From NCBI GenBank assembly GCA_965240325.2, contig OZ251224.1, positions 3,348,001 to 3,412,000 of the forward strand: DNA of 64,000 nt, in the 5' to 3' direction. Source of the stretch: Rebecca billardiae RCC1528 (taxonomy: Eukaryota; Protista; Haptophyta). The notes beneath the pieces are model-generated. The model made no database searches. It saw only the letters and a list, made by a program, of their open reading frames with translations, and was not told the DNA's origin. Positions 21,761 through 32,078 of this stretch are shown piece by piece (within the stretch, counting starts at the first letter, position 1; every line of letters starts with the position of its first letter). Made by a program: the position numbers and the translations under genes.

Positions 21761-24011
21761 GCTGGCCGCGCGCGGCGCGCACGCCAGGTGGGGGCAGCGC
21801 GGCGGCGCGCACGCCAGGTGGAGGCAGCGCGGCGCGCACGCCCCCGGAGTAGACTGTGCGTGGTCGGACTGCCACCGGCACCGTCCTGGCGTCCGTGTGT
21901 GCGCGGACAAAAAGCGGCTCAGAGCGATCCACATAGACGCCAGTCGCGCAACCAGCCGCCAGCACAGCAGCCAACGCCGACCCGGTCTCGTCCGCATCCT
22001 CATTCAGGTCGTCCAGGTCCGGCAGGTTTGCCCCCTCGTACCACTTGAACTCAGCTGTGAGAATCGTCCGAACCCCGTCCTCAGAGCGGCGAGGGCGACT
22101 GGGTGATGCCAATGGATGGGGCCCGTGAAGCAGCTCAAACTTCTTGTCCTTCCTGTACGCCTTCCCACCGGAGCACTGGACGCCGCCAAAGAGCAGAATT
22201 GCGTTGCCGTGAACCGCGGCGGCGTGATGCGAGCGAGGCCCTCCAGGGAACGCACACGTTGTTTTCCACCCGTTCGCCGTATTGCCGAGCTCGAGGAAGT
22301 GCGAGGCCGAGCTGGGCGCGCACGACGTCGCCTGCAGCTGTTGCTCCGGAACGAGCCCACCGAGCACGTGCAGCTTGTTGCGGAAGACGACCATCGCCGC
22401 ATGCGCGCACGGCTCGGGCAGGTCGGCCAAGGCCACCCACTCGTCCTGCTCGGCGGGCGTGTACTTCCAGACGGTGGCTTGCGGGCGGCCGCTCGGGTCA
22501 AAGCCGCCGGCGACGTAGACCGAGCCGTCGTGCACGGTGGCGGCCGCACCGCGCCTCGGAGAGGGCAGTCGGCTCACCTCGTGCCACTCGTCGAGGTCGG
22601 GCGACCACCGAGCGCAGAGCGCCGTCGCGTCATCCGTGCCCGTTGGAGCAGTCGAGCCGGAGCCACGGTCGGATGCGTCGTCTGTGCCACCGCCAAGGAC
22701 GTAGATCCATCCGTCGAGGACGCACGCGGCGGCGGCGCCATGCGCGCGCTGCATCCGACCAGCCACCGACCACTGGCGCCGCGCAGCGTCATACCGGTGG
22801 ATGTCGCCTTCGCCTCCGTGGAGCAGGTGCAGCGCGCCGGCGTAGAAGACCGGCATGGGCTGTGCCGTGCGGCGCGCGCATGCACCAGCGGGGGCGGGCG
22901 GGAAGGGCTCGAGAGAGCACCAGCTAGTGCTGCTGACGCCGCGATACATGGAGCCCGCGATGACCTTGAGGCCACGCTGACCACCGACATACAGCCCGAG
23001 GGGGTCCTCGACCGACAATCGGTAGCCATCGTCGGCGTCGCTGCCGCTCGGAGACGTCGCTGCTGGAAGGAGTCCGTCAGACCGTGCGTCCTCGAGCTCG
23101 AGCAGGAACAAGCATGCGGGCCGTTCGTCGTTTTCGCGCGGCTGCGAGCGCAGGGAGGACATGGAGCGGCGGAACGGAGCGTCCGAGACCGTGAACTCGT
23201 ACGACTCGGTGACCAGTGTCTTCAGACGCTGGCCGCAGCCGGCGTCGAGGATCAACGAGTCGGGGCGGCGCCAGAGCGCGATGAGAGCGGGCGCGGGCAA
23301 GCGGTGGTACTGCACGCGCTCGAGGAGCTCGCGGAGCTTGCCGATGCGGTTGATGCGGTCGAGGCGGACCCAGTCGAGCACAGCTCGCAGAACGCAGACT
23401 TCCGGCACGGCCACCTCGCTGCTCTCCAGGACGGCACACATCGTCTCGAACGAGCATTCGAGCCGTGCATCGCGCGCGACGAGTGCGTCGAGGTGCTTCG
23501 CGATCAGCTTCACAGCGTCGCGCTTGAGGTTGCACAAGTGGCAGTCCTCGGCAAGCGAGAAGGCAGACAGCGCGCCGTCCAGCGTCAGATGCCATTGGAG
23601 CAGGTTGGCGCAGCTCTGCTTCAGCCGCGGTATGCCGAGGAAGTTTGCGGCGCGGGCCAGCATCTCGACGTCGGCCAGCTCGACCACCGTGCGCGCGCTG
23701 TACAGATACTCGAGGATCCGCTCGAATGTCTCGCATTCGATCCCTTGCAGAGCGACGCTGCCCATCTGTGCCTCGACTAAGTTCGACTTGAACATCGCGC
23801 TGAAGTACTCCGAGCCTGCGGACAGAATGCACCGATGGCACGAATACGACTTGTTGCCGAGCGTGATCGTCGCGTCGGTGAGGGCCTTCTCCTCGTACAG
23901 CGACAGAAAACCGCGGTCACGCTCGCGCACGTTGTCGCTCAGCTGAGAGTCCGTGATCTCGACGCCGCTCCGCGGCTCGTCGTCCTCGCGCACGCGCTTG
24001 TTCGAGAGCAT
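21723..24011 (-). CDS. BTB-BACK-Kelch protein, copy 3
   Basis: Same motifs as copy 1. Start MLSNKR at 24011; substitutions relative to copy 1 are P>S, Y>C, ELQ>RLE and I>M. Confidence 0.9.
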   Translation of the reverse strand: MLSNKRVREDDEPRSGVEITDSQLSDNVRERDRGFLSLYEEKALTDATITLGNKSYSCHRCILSAGSEYFSAMFKSNLVEAQMGSVALQGIECETFERILEYLYSARTVVELADVEMLARAANFLGIPRLKQSCANLLQWHLTLDGALSAFSLAEDCHLCNLKRDAVKLIAKHLDALVARDARLECSFETMCAVLESSEVAVPEVCVLRAVLDWVRLDRINRIGKLRELLERVQYHRLPAPALIALWRRPDSLILDAGCGQRLKTLVTESYEFTVSDAPFRRSMSSLRSQPRENDERPACLFLLELEDARSDGLLPAATSPSGSDADDGYRLSVEDPLGLYVGGQRGLKVIAGSMYRGVSSTSWCSLEPFPPAPAGACARRTAQPMPVFYAGALHLLHGGEGDIHRYDAARRQWSVAGRMQRAHGAAAACVLDGWIYVLGGGTDDASDRGSGSTAPTGTDDATALCARWSPDLDEWHEVSRLPSPRRGAAATVHDGSVYVAGGFDPSGRPQATVWKYTPAEQDEWVALADLPEPCAHAAMVVFRNKLHVLGGLVPEQQLQATSCAPSSASHFLELGNTANGWKTTCAFPGGPRSHHAAAVHGNAILLFGGVQCSGGKAYRKDKKFELLHGPHPLASPSRPRRSEDGVRTILTAEFKWYEGANLPDLDDLNEDADETGSALAAVLAAGCATGVYVDRSEPLFVRAHTDARTVPVAVRPRTVYSGGVRAALPPPGVRAAALPPPGVRAARGQRLATFGGAIRLG

Positions 24012-24247
24012 CGCGGCGAGGCGGACGCCGCGCTCGCGACTGAACTGGCGGTTGGCCGGTCGAATTGATTGGCGGATTTCTAACATTTCTTTCTAATGAC
24101 GCGATGGCAATCATGGCATATTGATTTTCATATTTGGAATTTGCCGAGCGCCGACGACGATGAGATCGCTCGAGAGATCTCAGATCGGTGATGACCAACG
24201 GTCATCCTCGTCTAGTGCACTCGCCCGCCGGCGGCAAGTGGGGGAGC

Positions 24248-25883
24248 ATGGTCGAGATCGCGGACGACCCGGAGCTCGATCGCGTGCTCGCGGAGCTCGA
24301 CCCCGACGCGGCGGTGGCGAAGCAGTCGTGCGATGATGGCTCGGCATCGGCGCTCCCCGCGAAGGCTGCCACAAAGACCAAGTCGCGTGGCCGCGCGAGC
24401 AAGCGCGTGATGCCTGCCATGATCCGGGCGCCCGACGGCTCGTCGTTTGGCAGCTGCGACAACTGCGGCAAGCGCTGCCCCGCGGCGATGCTCCCGCAGT
24501 ATGGTGGCAGCGGGCACGAGTGCGACGAGCTCGACCCCGCGGCCAGGCTCAAGGAGCTGCACGCGAAGCAGATGGCGAAGAAGTCAGCTGAGGCCGATCG
24601 TTTCGAGGCTGCCAAGCAGGCGGCGCGGCGCGAGCTCGCCGGCCGCGAGGTGGGCGCTGCGCGCGCGTGAGGGACAGGTGGTGGTGTGACCCGGGTGGTA
24701 GAGGAGGTGACGCGATGCGCTTCTTGGGGGGCATGGCTGCTCCGCCCATCCCACCGGCCCAGCGCAAGGAGATCCGCGGGGCTCATCGCGCGCCCCACCG
24801 CGCCCCTCCGCGCCTGCCCGCGCCGAGGCGCAGGCATCGAAGCCCAAGTCGGCGTACCAGCACTTCTGCAACTCGCGGCGAGTCGACCTGAAGGACGAGA
24901 AGCCCGACCTCGACGGCAAGGAGATGACCACCATCCTCGCGGACGAGTGGGGCCAGCTCACGGCGGACGCGAAGGTCAAGTTCGAGGCGCTGGCGGCGGT
25001 GGACAAGGAGATCTTCGAGAAGCGCATGGCGGAGTGCGCCGTGGGCGCGGCGGAGGGGAAGGCCACGGTGCGCGCACGCGCGCGCCCGCACCCCCCAACC
25101 CCGCGTGCGGCCGTGCCGTCGCTGCGACCGCCAGGCGCGCGCGCGCGCGTGCTCACAGAGTGGGCGCGCGCCTCTGACCGCCGGGGCCGTCGGACGCGCC
25201 GCAGGAGGCCAAGGCCACGGAGGAAGGGGGGGCGCAGGACGAGCCGAAGCAGCGCTACAAGAAGGCGCGCTCCGCGTACCTCTTCTACGTCGATCGGAAC
25301 CGCGCGCGCGTCAAGGAGGTCCGCCGCGCCCGCGCACACCCCGCCCCGACGTGCGCGCGCGCGCGCGTCCGGCTGACCCTCAGGCCGTGCACGGCGCGTG
25401 CGCTCGCCCCCGGCCCAAACTGCCCGTGCGCGCTCGCAGGACAATCCGGAGTTCCAGATGATCGAGGTCACCAAGGCGCTCGCCGTCGAGTGGAACGCGC
25501 TCGATGCCGAGGCGAAGGCGGAGTACGTCGCGCTGCACCAGGCGGAGAAGCAGGAGCTGACGGACAACCCGGTCGTGCTCGAGCCCAAGGCGCCGAAGGG
25601 CGCCAAGCGCGTGAAGGGTGCCGCAAAGGCGCAGCCGAGCAAGCGCAAGGCGAAGAGCGCCGCGCCAGCTGCGGCGGCGCGGAAGCCACGCAAGGCAGCG
25701 CGCGTCGTCGAGGACGACGACGACGATGACGACGACGGCGACGACAAAGCGGAGAAAGACGAGGCCGCGGAGGCGTCGGACGGCAACGACAGCAACTCCG
25801 AGCAGGGTGACGACGACTCTGATGACGACGACGAGAACGCCGCCGGCGCAGGTGAGAAAGACGCTGGTGATGACGACGAGTGA
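24248..25883 (+). CDS. HMGB-like protein: N-terminal CxxC..HxC finger, two HMG boxes, acidic tail; exons 24248-24649, 24834-25067, 25205-25318, 25440-25883
   Basis: Box 1 KPKSAYQHFC...ILADEWGQLT..K.KFE and box 2 KKARSAYLFYV...DNPEF..VTKALAVEWNAL. Three phase-0 GT-AG introns and a D/E-rich C-terminus. Confidence 0.88.
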
Positions 25884-26611
25884 TCGGGCCGTGCCTGCGG
25901 CACCGCTGGATCGATCAGTTGATGTCGGCGGCCGTGCGTGCGTAAGGGCGCCTCAGTGCGGCCGCACGCGGCGCAGCAGGGCTTGGGAGGCGCAGCATAC
26001 CAGTCTCAGCGTCATCATCACTGGGCGGCCGGCGGCGGAGCCCGACCGCGCGGTGGCCCTGCGAGCACCTGGCGACCTCGTCCTCGGACTAGTAAACTCT
26101 AAAGACTCGATCCGACTCCGAGATATGCTGATGACGATTCAAAACTCACCATCCGATGACTCAGAAGCGAATCATCATCACATCACATATGCATTTGGCA
26201 GCAAGACAGTCAACTTAGAGCCTTAGGACATGGCGGAGCAAGTAGACGCTCATCATCGTCTGCTAATACTGCTCATCCGCCGTATATAGCCGCCGAGTCG
26301 TCATATGTCACTGTGCGCGGCATAATCAATGCTGATCAGGTCGACCGCCGGACGAGGCGTCCGTAGACTCATCCGTGGTCGGTGGTAATCGTGATGTCGT
26401 CACTGCGCGTAGCCTCACACATGAGTGACCGCCGAGGATCGCGGCCGCGGGATGATGGTTCACGTGGACCGGTGGCACGCCCGTGCCACGAAGCTGTCAT
26501 TGGGAGGATTTGCTCCCTCCCGCAAGCCTAACGGCTGCACCGCTCTCCAGAGTCCAGGCCGCCCGCGTACCGCGGCCGGGTGGCACACGCTCGTCGTCAC
26601 GTTTAAGTTTG

Positions 26612-27778
26612 TTACGCGCGCCGCAGCCCGACGAGCTGCTCGGACAGCTCCCACAGCTGCTTGGCCTTGGCCTCGTCGCGCGCCTCTACCGAGGGCACGC
26701 GCTGCACGAGCGTGTGCTTCCCGGGCGGGTAGTCCGAGTAGAACAGCCCGTGCTTCCCCTCGAGCTCGGGCGAGACCGACATGAACTCGAGGCAGCCGCC
26801 GCCGTACTCGACCGTCTCCGCAAACCGGGCGACGTTGGTCGCGACAAAGTCGAACGCGGTGGTGAAGAGCTTGCGCTGGTTGCGGAAGAGGCCGGACTTG
26901 GTGATCAGCCCGGGCGAGAGGGCGTTGACGCACACGGGCGAGCGCGCCGCGCCCAGCCTGCGGTCGAGTTCGAGCATGAAGAGCATGTTGCACAGCTTCG
27001 AGTCCTTGTATGCCTTGTCTGGGTCAAATTCGCCACCGTCGACCATGGCCCACGACTCTCCGCGCGTCGCGGCGCGCAGGCCGGCAAGGTCGCCGAGGGT
27101 GGCCTTCGAGCCGACCTGGCCGCCCGGCTCCTCGGGGTTGTGCACCTCGGACGCCGTGACCACCAGCCGCGGCGCCTGCGGGCCCGACCCCCGCTTCTGC
27201 AGCTCGGGCAGCAGCAGCTGCGCGAGCAGGAAGTGGCCCAGGTGATTGACTCCGATCGTCTCCTCAAAGCCCTCGCGCGTGCGCTTCGGCGCCGTCTCTT
27301 GCGTGCCCGGCGCCACCGCGGCGTTGAGCACGAGCACGTCGAGCGGGAGCGATCGCGCGCGCCACGCGTCGGCGCACGCGCGCACGCTCGCGAGGGACGC
27401 GAGGTCGCACTCGACGCCGATGGCCTCGCCGCCTGGAACACGGGCGCTCGCGCCGAGCTCGCGATTGATCGCGTCTGCCGCGGCGTCGGCGCGGGCCTGC
27501 GAGCGGCAGAGCAAGTATACGTGGTCACCTCGCTCAGCGAGCTTCCGCGCGCCTTCGAAGCCAATGCCGCCGACGGTCGCGCCCGTGATCAGCACGTTGA
27601 GAGGGCGCTTGTCAGACGGCTGCGCCGACGCGGCCCGCGCGGCCCACGGCGTGACGAGCGGCGCGGCGATGAGCACGGATCGCCGAGGCAGCGTGTTCAC
27701 GCGCTGTATGCCGAGTGCCACGTGCGCAAGCGCCAAGACCGCGGCAAGCAGCGTCCGCCGGCTGCGGAGGCACGGCAT
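26612..27778 (-). CDS. Protochlorophyllide oxidoreductase-like short-chain dehydrogenase, probably plastid-targeted
   Basis: LITGATVGGIG, NHLGHFLL, ATLGDLAGL, MVDGGEFDPDKAYKDSKLCN (YxxxK) and PGLITKSGLFR, with an N-terminal signal peptide. Confidence 0.85.
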   Translation of the reverse strand: MPCLRSRRTLLAAVLALAHVALGIQRVNTLPRRSVLIAAPLVTPWAARAASAQPSDKRPLNVLITGATVGGIGFEGARKLAERGDHVYLLCRSQARADAAADAINRELGASARVPGGEAIGVECDLASLASVRACADAWRARSLPLDVLVLNAAVAPGTQETAPKRTREGFEETIGVNHLGHFLLAQLLLPELQKRGSGPQAPRLVVTASEVHNPEEPGGQVGSKATLGDLAGLRAATRGESWAMVDGGEFDPDKAYKDSKLCNMLFMLELDRRLGAARSPVCVNALSPGLITKSGLFRNQRKLFTTAFDFVATNVARFAETVEYGGGCLEFMSVSPELEGKHGLFYSDYPPGKHTLVQRVPSVEARDEAKAKQLWELSEQLVGLRRA

Positions 27779-27920
27779 TGCGGACGCAATTGACGGCCCT
27801 CGCCCCGACGAGCCTGGTCCGCTGCGGCCGGATGATCGACTAGTACAGTAGTACGTACTTTACTGTACAGTATGAGAGACGACAGTACAATAGTAGTACG
27901 TGGTAGTACAGTCGTATGGA

Positions 27921-29042
27921 CTACAACGCAGCCAGCTCCTCGGCGACAGCGGGCGACGTCGCGCACCCCGATTCGCGCCACGCCGCATGCCGACGCAGCG
28001 CCCTCTCAAACCGCGCGGGCCCCGAGGCCAACGCACGCTCGGTCGTGAACGCATGCTCCACCTCGTTCGCGTTGGCGACAAACGTCGCGATGTCGGCGCC
28101 GTGCACGCGCCGCCAGGCCGCGGGCGGCACCCAGAAGCGCTCGGAAGGGGCGAGCGTGCGGCGATGCACGCCGGCAGTCGCGGACATGCGCTGCAGCGTG
28201 CTCGACCTCGCTTGCAGGAATGCCTCGTAGCTCACAAAGTGCACCGCGCTGCAGTTTGGTGACGCGCGCGCCAGCGTGGCCGCGATGGGCGCGTGCACGC
28301 GCTTCCACATGTTGAGCGAGCGCGCGGCGGAGACGCGCAGTGCAGGCAGGTCGTAGGCGCGCTTGCGCGGCTCGATGGTCCGCGCGATCGGCAGGAACTG
28401 CTCGTGCGCGGGATGCGTCCGGTTGCGCGCCTTGTGCCCGTAGTTGGACAGGGCCCAGCGCATCAGGTCATGCCGCACGAGGACGAAAGCTGTCAGGCTC
28501 GCGCGCGCGGCGCCGTGCTCGAGGCAGTGGGCGACGACCGGGGCCTCCGCGGCGCCGAGCGAGATGATGACGATCCCCGCCTGGTGTGTTCGCAGCCGCG
28601 CTCGCGCGCTCGCGTTGGTGCTGAGGATCGTCAGGTTCCGCTCGAGCACGCTGCTGTGTTCGAAGTTGTCTGCGAGCGTGTCGAGCCGACCATCGCACAG
28701 CACGTCCCGCATGAGAGCGCGATGGCGAGGCGGGTACCGATCGAGCGGTGTGAACGCACGCTGGAACACTTCATAGAGGGGCAGCGCGCCGAGGTGCTCA
28801 GCGAGCGCGTGCTCAAGGGCATGCGAGCCCTCATGGCGCGTGTGGAAGACGACGATGCGCGTCCAGGGAGGCCTGCTGCCCAATGAGCCCAATGAGGACA
28901 CCCTGGCCGAGGGATCGGCAGTGCCACGTTGTGCTGACAGGCCTGGTGGCTGCAACAGGTCGACGCTACCGAGCATGCTCACCCACACGAGAGCCACCCG
29001 TGCCGACCTGCGTCGGCATGAGGCGCCATGCTGAATCCGCAT
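27921..29042 (-). CDS. P-loop sulfotransferase-like protein (Stf0-like)
   Basis: VFHTRHEGSHAL (5'-PSB-like), LVRHDLMRWALS (3'-PB-like), FVSYEAF and the C-terminal FVANANEV. First ATG is at 29042; the track start is a TTG. Confidence 0.6.
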   Translation of the reverse strand: MRIQHGASCRRRSARVALVWVSMLGSVDLLQPPGLSAQRGTADPSARVSSLGSLGSRPPWTRIVVFHTRHEGSHALEHALAEHLGALPLYEVFQRAFTPLDRYPPRHRALMRDVLCDGRLDTLADNFEHSSVLERNLTILSTNASARARLRTHQAGIVIISLGAAEAPVVAHCLEHGAARASLTAFVLVRHDLMRWALSNYGHKARNRTHPAHEQFLPIARTIEPRKRAYDLPALRVSAARSLNMWKRVHAPIAATLARASPNCSAVHFVSYEAFLQARSSTLQRMSATAGVHRRTLAPSERFWVPPAAWRRVHGADIATFVANANEVEHAFTTERALASGPARFERALRRHAAWRESGCATSPAVAEELAAL

Positions 29043-29220
29043 GCGACGTGGTGGAGTCCAGCTCCATGTCAAGACTCAAGACCATGGCCCATCCGATGGT
29101 AAGCACCTGCCGCCATCGTGCGTCTAGCGAGCTTGACGGCTGACGCCCACTGACGCCCACTGCCCCTCGACTTCGGGGCCGTGGGCGTCCACCGTCCATC
29201 GGCGTGGCGCGGCGACGGCC

Positions 29221-31875
29221 ATGTCGACTCGCGTGGTGCTCGCGCAGCGGCGCCGGGGCGTCGACTGCGATGCCGTACGGCAGCTCGCAGAGCGTTGCGG
29301 CTACAACGAGCTCTACGCCGACGCGCGCATGCTCCTTCTCACGCGCGCCGCCGACGGCCAACTCGTGACGCTGTTCAGCGCATCGGCGGACGGCGACGAG
29401 CCGTACGCCGTGTCCGTGCAGCAGACGTCGCGCCCCGTCTTCCATACGTCCGTGGACTTTGAAGATCTCGAAGGCGTGCTCACCTCCGCCGCGCCCGGAC
29501 ACAGCAGCGGGCCCTCGGTTTCGCTCCCGGCATCACGCAAGCGCGCGCGCTTTCCGGAGAAAACTATGCTCGGGTCGATGGAGCTCGCGCTCGAGCGGCT
29601 CGACGCGGAGCGGCGCGCGGTGGACGCGGCGCGTGCGCAGCACGAGCGCCTGCTGGCGCAGGTCGCGGGCGCCACGTCCGAGCTCGCCGCTGCCGCGCCC
29701 GGGCCCGAGCCGCTCAGCCTGAGCGGCCTATTCGTGTTCGAAGTCACGGTCGAGGAGGCGTTGGTCGTGCGCAAGGGGCCGAGCTTCGGCGAGCGCACGA
29801 GCGTGTGCGTCCCGAGGGGCGCGCTCGTCGCGTGCGACCGCCGCCAGCGCGTCGGCGCCCACCTCTTCGTGCGCCTCGCCGACGGCCGCGGCTGGCTCTT
29901 CGAGACGAGCCAAGCGGACGAGCGCTGCCTGCGCGAGCTCGAGCTTCAATTCTGCCTGCGTGTCTTCGAGGTGGTGGCGACGGCGGAGGAGGCGCTGGAG
30001 CACGCGTGCGCACACCCCGCCGCGTGGCTGGGCGCGGGCGCACCGCCGCCCGCCGCGGCGGGGCTGGACAAGGGCGACGTGCTCGCCACCGACTGCTCCG
30101 TGCGGCACGGCGACCGCGCGTACTTTCGCGTGCGCGCGGAGGCGGAGGCGGCGTGCTACTGGCTGCCGCGCAGCAGCGCGACGCGAGCGCAGGTGCTCTG
30201 CGAGCGCGCGCTGGATCACGGTGAGTTCATCTACCAGATCGTGCGCTCGCCGAGGACGCTCACTCTGCGCCGCCACCCCGACCGCCACAGCACGGCGCTC
30301 AGCAAGGCCGTGTCGCCCGCCGAGCCAATGGTCGCGTCGTGCGCGCGCGTGCTCGGCACAGCCGGCCAGCGCTGCTTCCTGCTCGAGCACGAGGGCCAGT
30401 CGGGCTGGGTCGTCGAGCTGGCCGACGACGTGCGCGAGTGGGCCAAGCCGCCGCCGCCCATCAGCGGCAGCGCGGGCTCGCGCACGCTCGTGCAGCTCGG
30501 TGCGTCCGCCGACAGCTGGTGCTTCATCTTCCAGCTGGACGACGGCGAATCTCCCGAGCGGCAGATTGTGTTCTGGGGCGGAGGCATCCCGGGCGGCCTG
30601 GCCAAGCAGATCAACAACTGCAGCGCGAAGGGGCGCGTCGTGACGGCGTTCGCCTTCGGCGGGCACGCCGACTGGTTCTGCACGGGTCAGTACCGCGACG
30701 GCTCGGGCTCGCACTCCTGGTGGCACGTGGATTCCCCGAGATTCTCCTCGGAGCTGAAGGCGAGCTCCGGACTCCGCTGCGTCTCGCTGGCCCCGGACGC
30801 CAGCGGGAGGCGCATCCTGGTCGACGGGGACGCTGGCTACTACGCGGAGGGCGTAGACAGCGCGTTCTTGCGCGAGCTGGACAAGGTGCACGCGCGGTCG
30901 GGCAAGTTCAAGCGCGTCGCGCTGCTGCCCTTCGACTCGGCGTACCTCGAGCACGACCAAGGCGTGGGCTGGTGGCTCTCGGACGCAGTGCTGGGCCACC
31001 TGCAGGTGGAGCTGGAGTCGGGCCCTGGGTCCATCCGCGGCGTGACGGCGTGCGCGGAGACGGGCCAATGGATCGTGGTCTACGATCGTCGCTTCGTCAT
31101 GTCGGCCGGTGTGCCCTCAGAGCTCAGCAGGCAGCTCGCAAGCGCGTTCAAGCAGCAGAACAGCGCGATTGAACGGCGGAGCGCCCTGATCGGCGCCCAT
31201 GCGAGGGCACAGGCGCGCCTCGCGTTGGCAGCTGCGACGTTCACGGGCGAGGGGTGGAGCATGACGCGCATCGGCCCGCAGCACGCCAAGTTTGACAGCG
31301 TGTGCACGCAGTTCGTCGGCTGCTGGCGCAAGCCCGGCCGGCCGCGCGTGCACCACGTCCTTCAGATCCGCAACCCGGCCGCCGTGTACGCGCGGTTCGA
31401 GGCGGTGGCGGCGCGCGTCGGCAACGTGTGCCGACGGTTCCACGGCACCGCGACGGCGAGCGCGTGCCGGGGCGGGCTCGACCTGGGCGCGCAGCCGTGC
31501 ATGCAGCCCAGCTGCGCCATGTGCAACATCTGCCGCGTCGGCTTCTCCAAGGCGCTCGCCGGCAGCAGCACGAAGTTCCTGCGCTTTGGCCGCGGCATGT
31601 ACTTCTCGGCCACTTCCGGGAAGTCGCATGACTACGCCTCCGGCTCGGAGAAGCAGGTGGGTGGCGAGCGCATGCGCCTCATGTTCCTGTGTAAGGTGGC
31701 GGTGGGCAGGGCGTTCCGCGCGCAGGAAGACATGCCGCAGCTGACCGAGCCACCTTCGGGCTTCAGCTCGGTCGTGGGGGAGGCTGGCAAGGCGCTCAAC
31801 TACGACGAGGTCGTGGTCTACGCCGACCACGCGGCAGTGCCTTCCTACCTGATCGCCTACAGCGTCGCAGCCTGA
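29221..31875 (+). CDS. Multidomain protein with a C-terminal PARP-like ADP-ribosyltransferase domain
   Basis: RFHGT, CAMCNICRVGF, FGRGMYFS..SGKSHDYA, MFLCKVAVG and NYDEVVVY...PSYLI. Intronless ORF of 884 aa. Confidence 0.88.
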   Translation: MSTRVVLAQRRRGVDCDAVRQLAERCGYNELYADARMLLLTRAADGQLVTLFSASADGDEPYAVSVQQTSRPVFHTSVDFEDLEGVLTSAAPGHSSGPSVSLPASRKRARFPEKTMLGSMELALERLDAERRAVDAARAQHERLLAQVAGATSELAAAAPGPEPLSLSGLFVFEVTVEEALVVRKGPSFGERTSVCVPRGALVACDRRQRVGAHLFVRLADGRGWLFETSQADERCLRELELQFCLRVFEVVATAEEALEHACAHPAAWLGAGAPPPAAAGLDKGDVLATDCSVRHGDRAYFRVRAEAEAACYWLPRSSATRAQVLCERALDHGEFIYQIVRSPRTLTLRRHPDRHSTALSKAVSPAEPMVASCARVLGTAGQRCFLLEHEGQSGWVVELADDVREWAKPPPPISGSAGSRTLVQLGASADSWCFIFQLDDGESPERQIVFWGGGIPGGLAKQINNCSAKGRVVTAFAFGGHADWFCTGQYRDGSGSHSWWHVDSPRFSSELKASSGLRCVSLAPDASGRRILVDGDAGYYAEGVDSAFLRELDKVHARSGKFKRVALLPFDSAYLEHDQGVGWWLSDAVLGHLQVELESGPGSIRGVTACAETGQWIVVYDRRFVMSAGVPSELSRQLASAFKQQNSAIERRSALIGAHARAQARLALAAATFTGEGWSMTRIGPQHAKFDSVCTQFVGCWRKPGRPRVHHVLQIRNPAAVYARFEAVAARVGNVCRRFHGTATASACRGGLDLGAQPCMQPSCAMCNICRVGFSKALAGSSTKFLRFGRGMYFSATSGKSHDYASGSEKQVGGERMRLMFLCKVAVGRAFRAQEDMPQLTEPPSGFSSVVGEAGKALNYDEVVVYADHAAVPSYLIAYSVAA

Positions 31876-32078
31876 TGAGATATGACGAGTGATGATGCTG
31901 ATTCCGCGCGGGGCCGGATGATGATCATGGCAGTACCATGATCATCATCACGCGAATCGTCGGAGACCGCGCGCGCAGTGATGACGACTCGGTGCTGTGA
32001 GGGCAGTAGCGCGCACAGTAGATCATCGACATACTCGTAAGTTTTATTTTATTTTAAAATATTATAATATATATATAT

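Larger units (their letters stand above)
15208..24365. repeat. Tandem triplication with an exact 3290-bp period
   Basis: The same sequence starts at 15256, 18546 and 21836. Each unit comprises the Kelch gene, the bidirectional promoter, the 5' end of the HMG gene and a spacer element. Confidence 0.97.
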
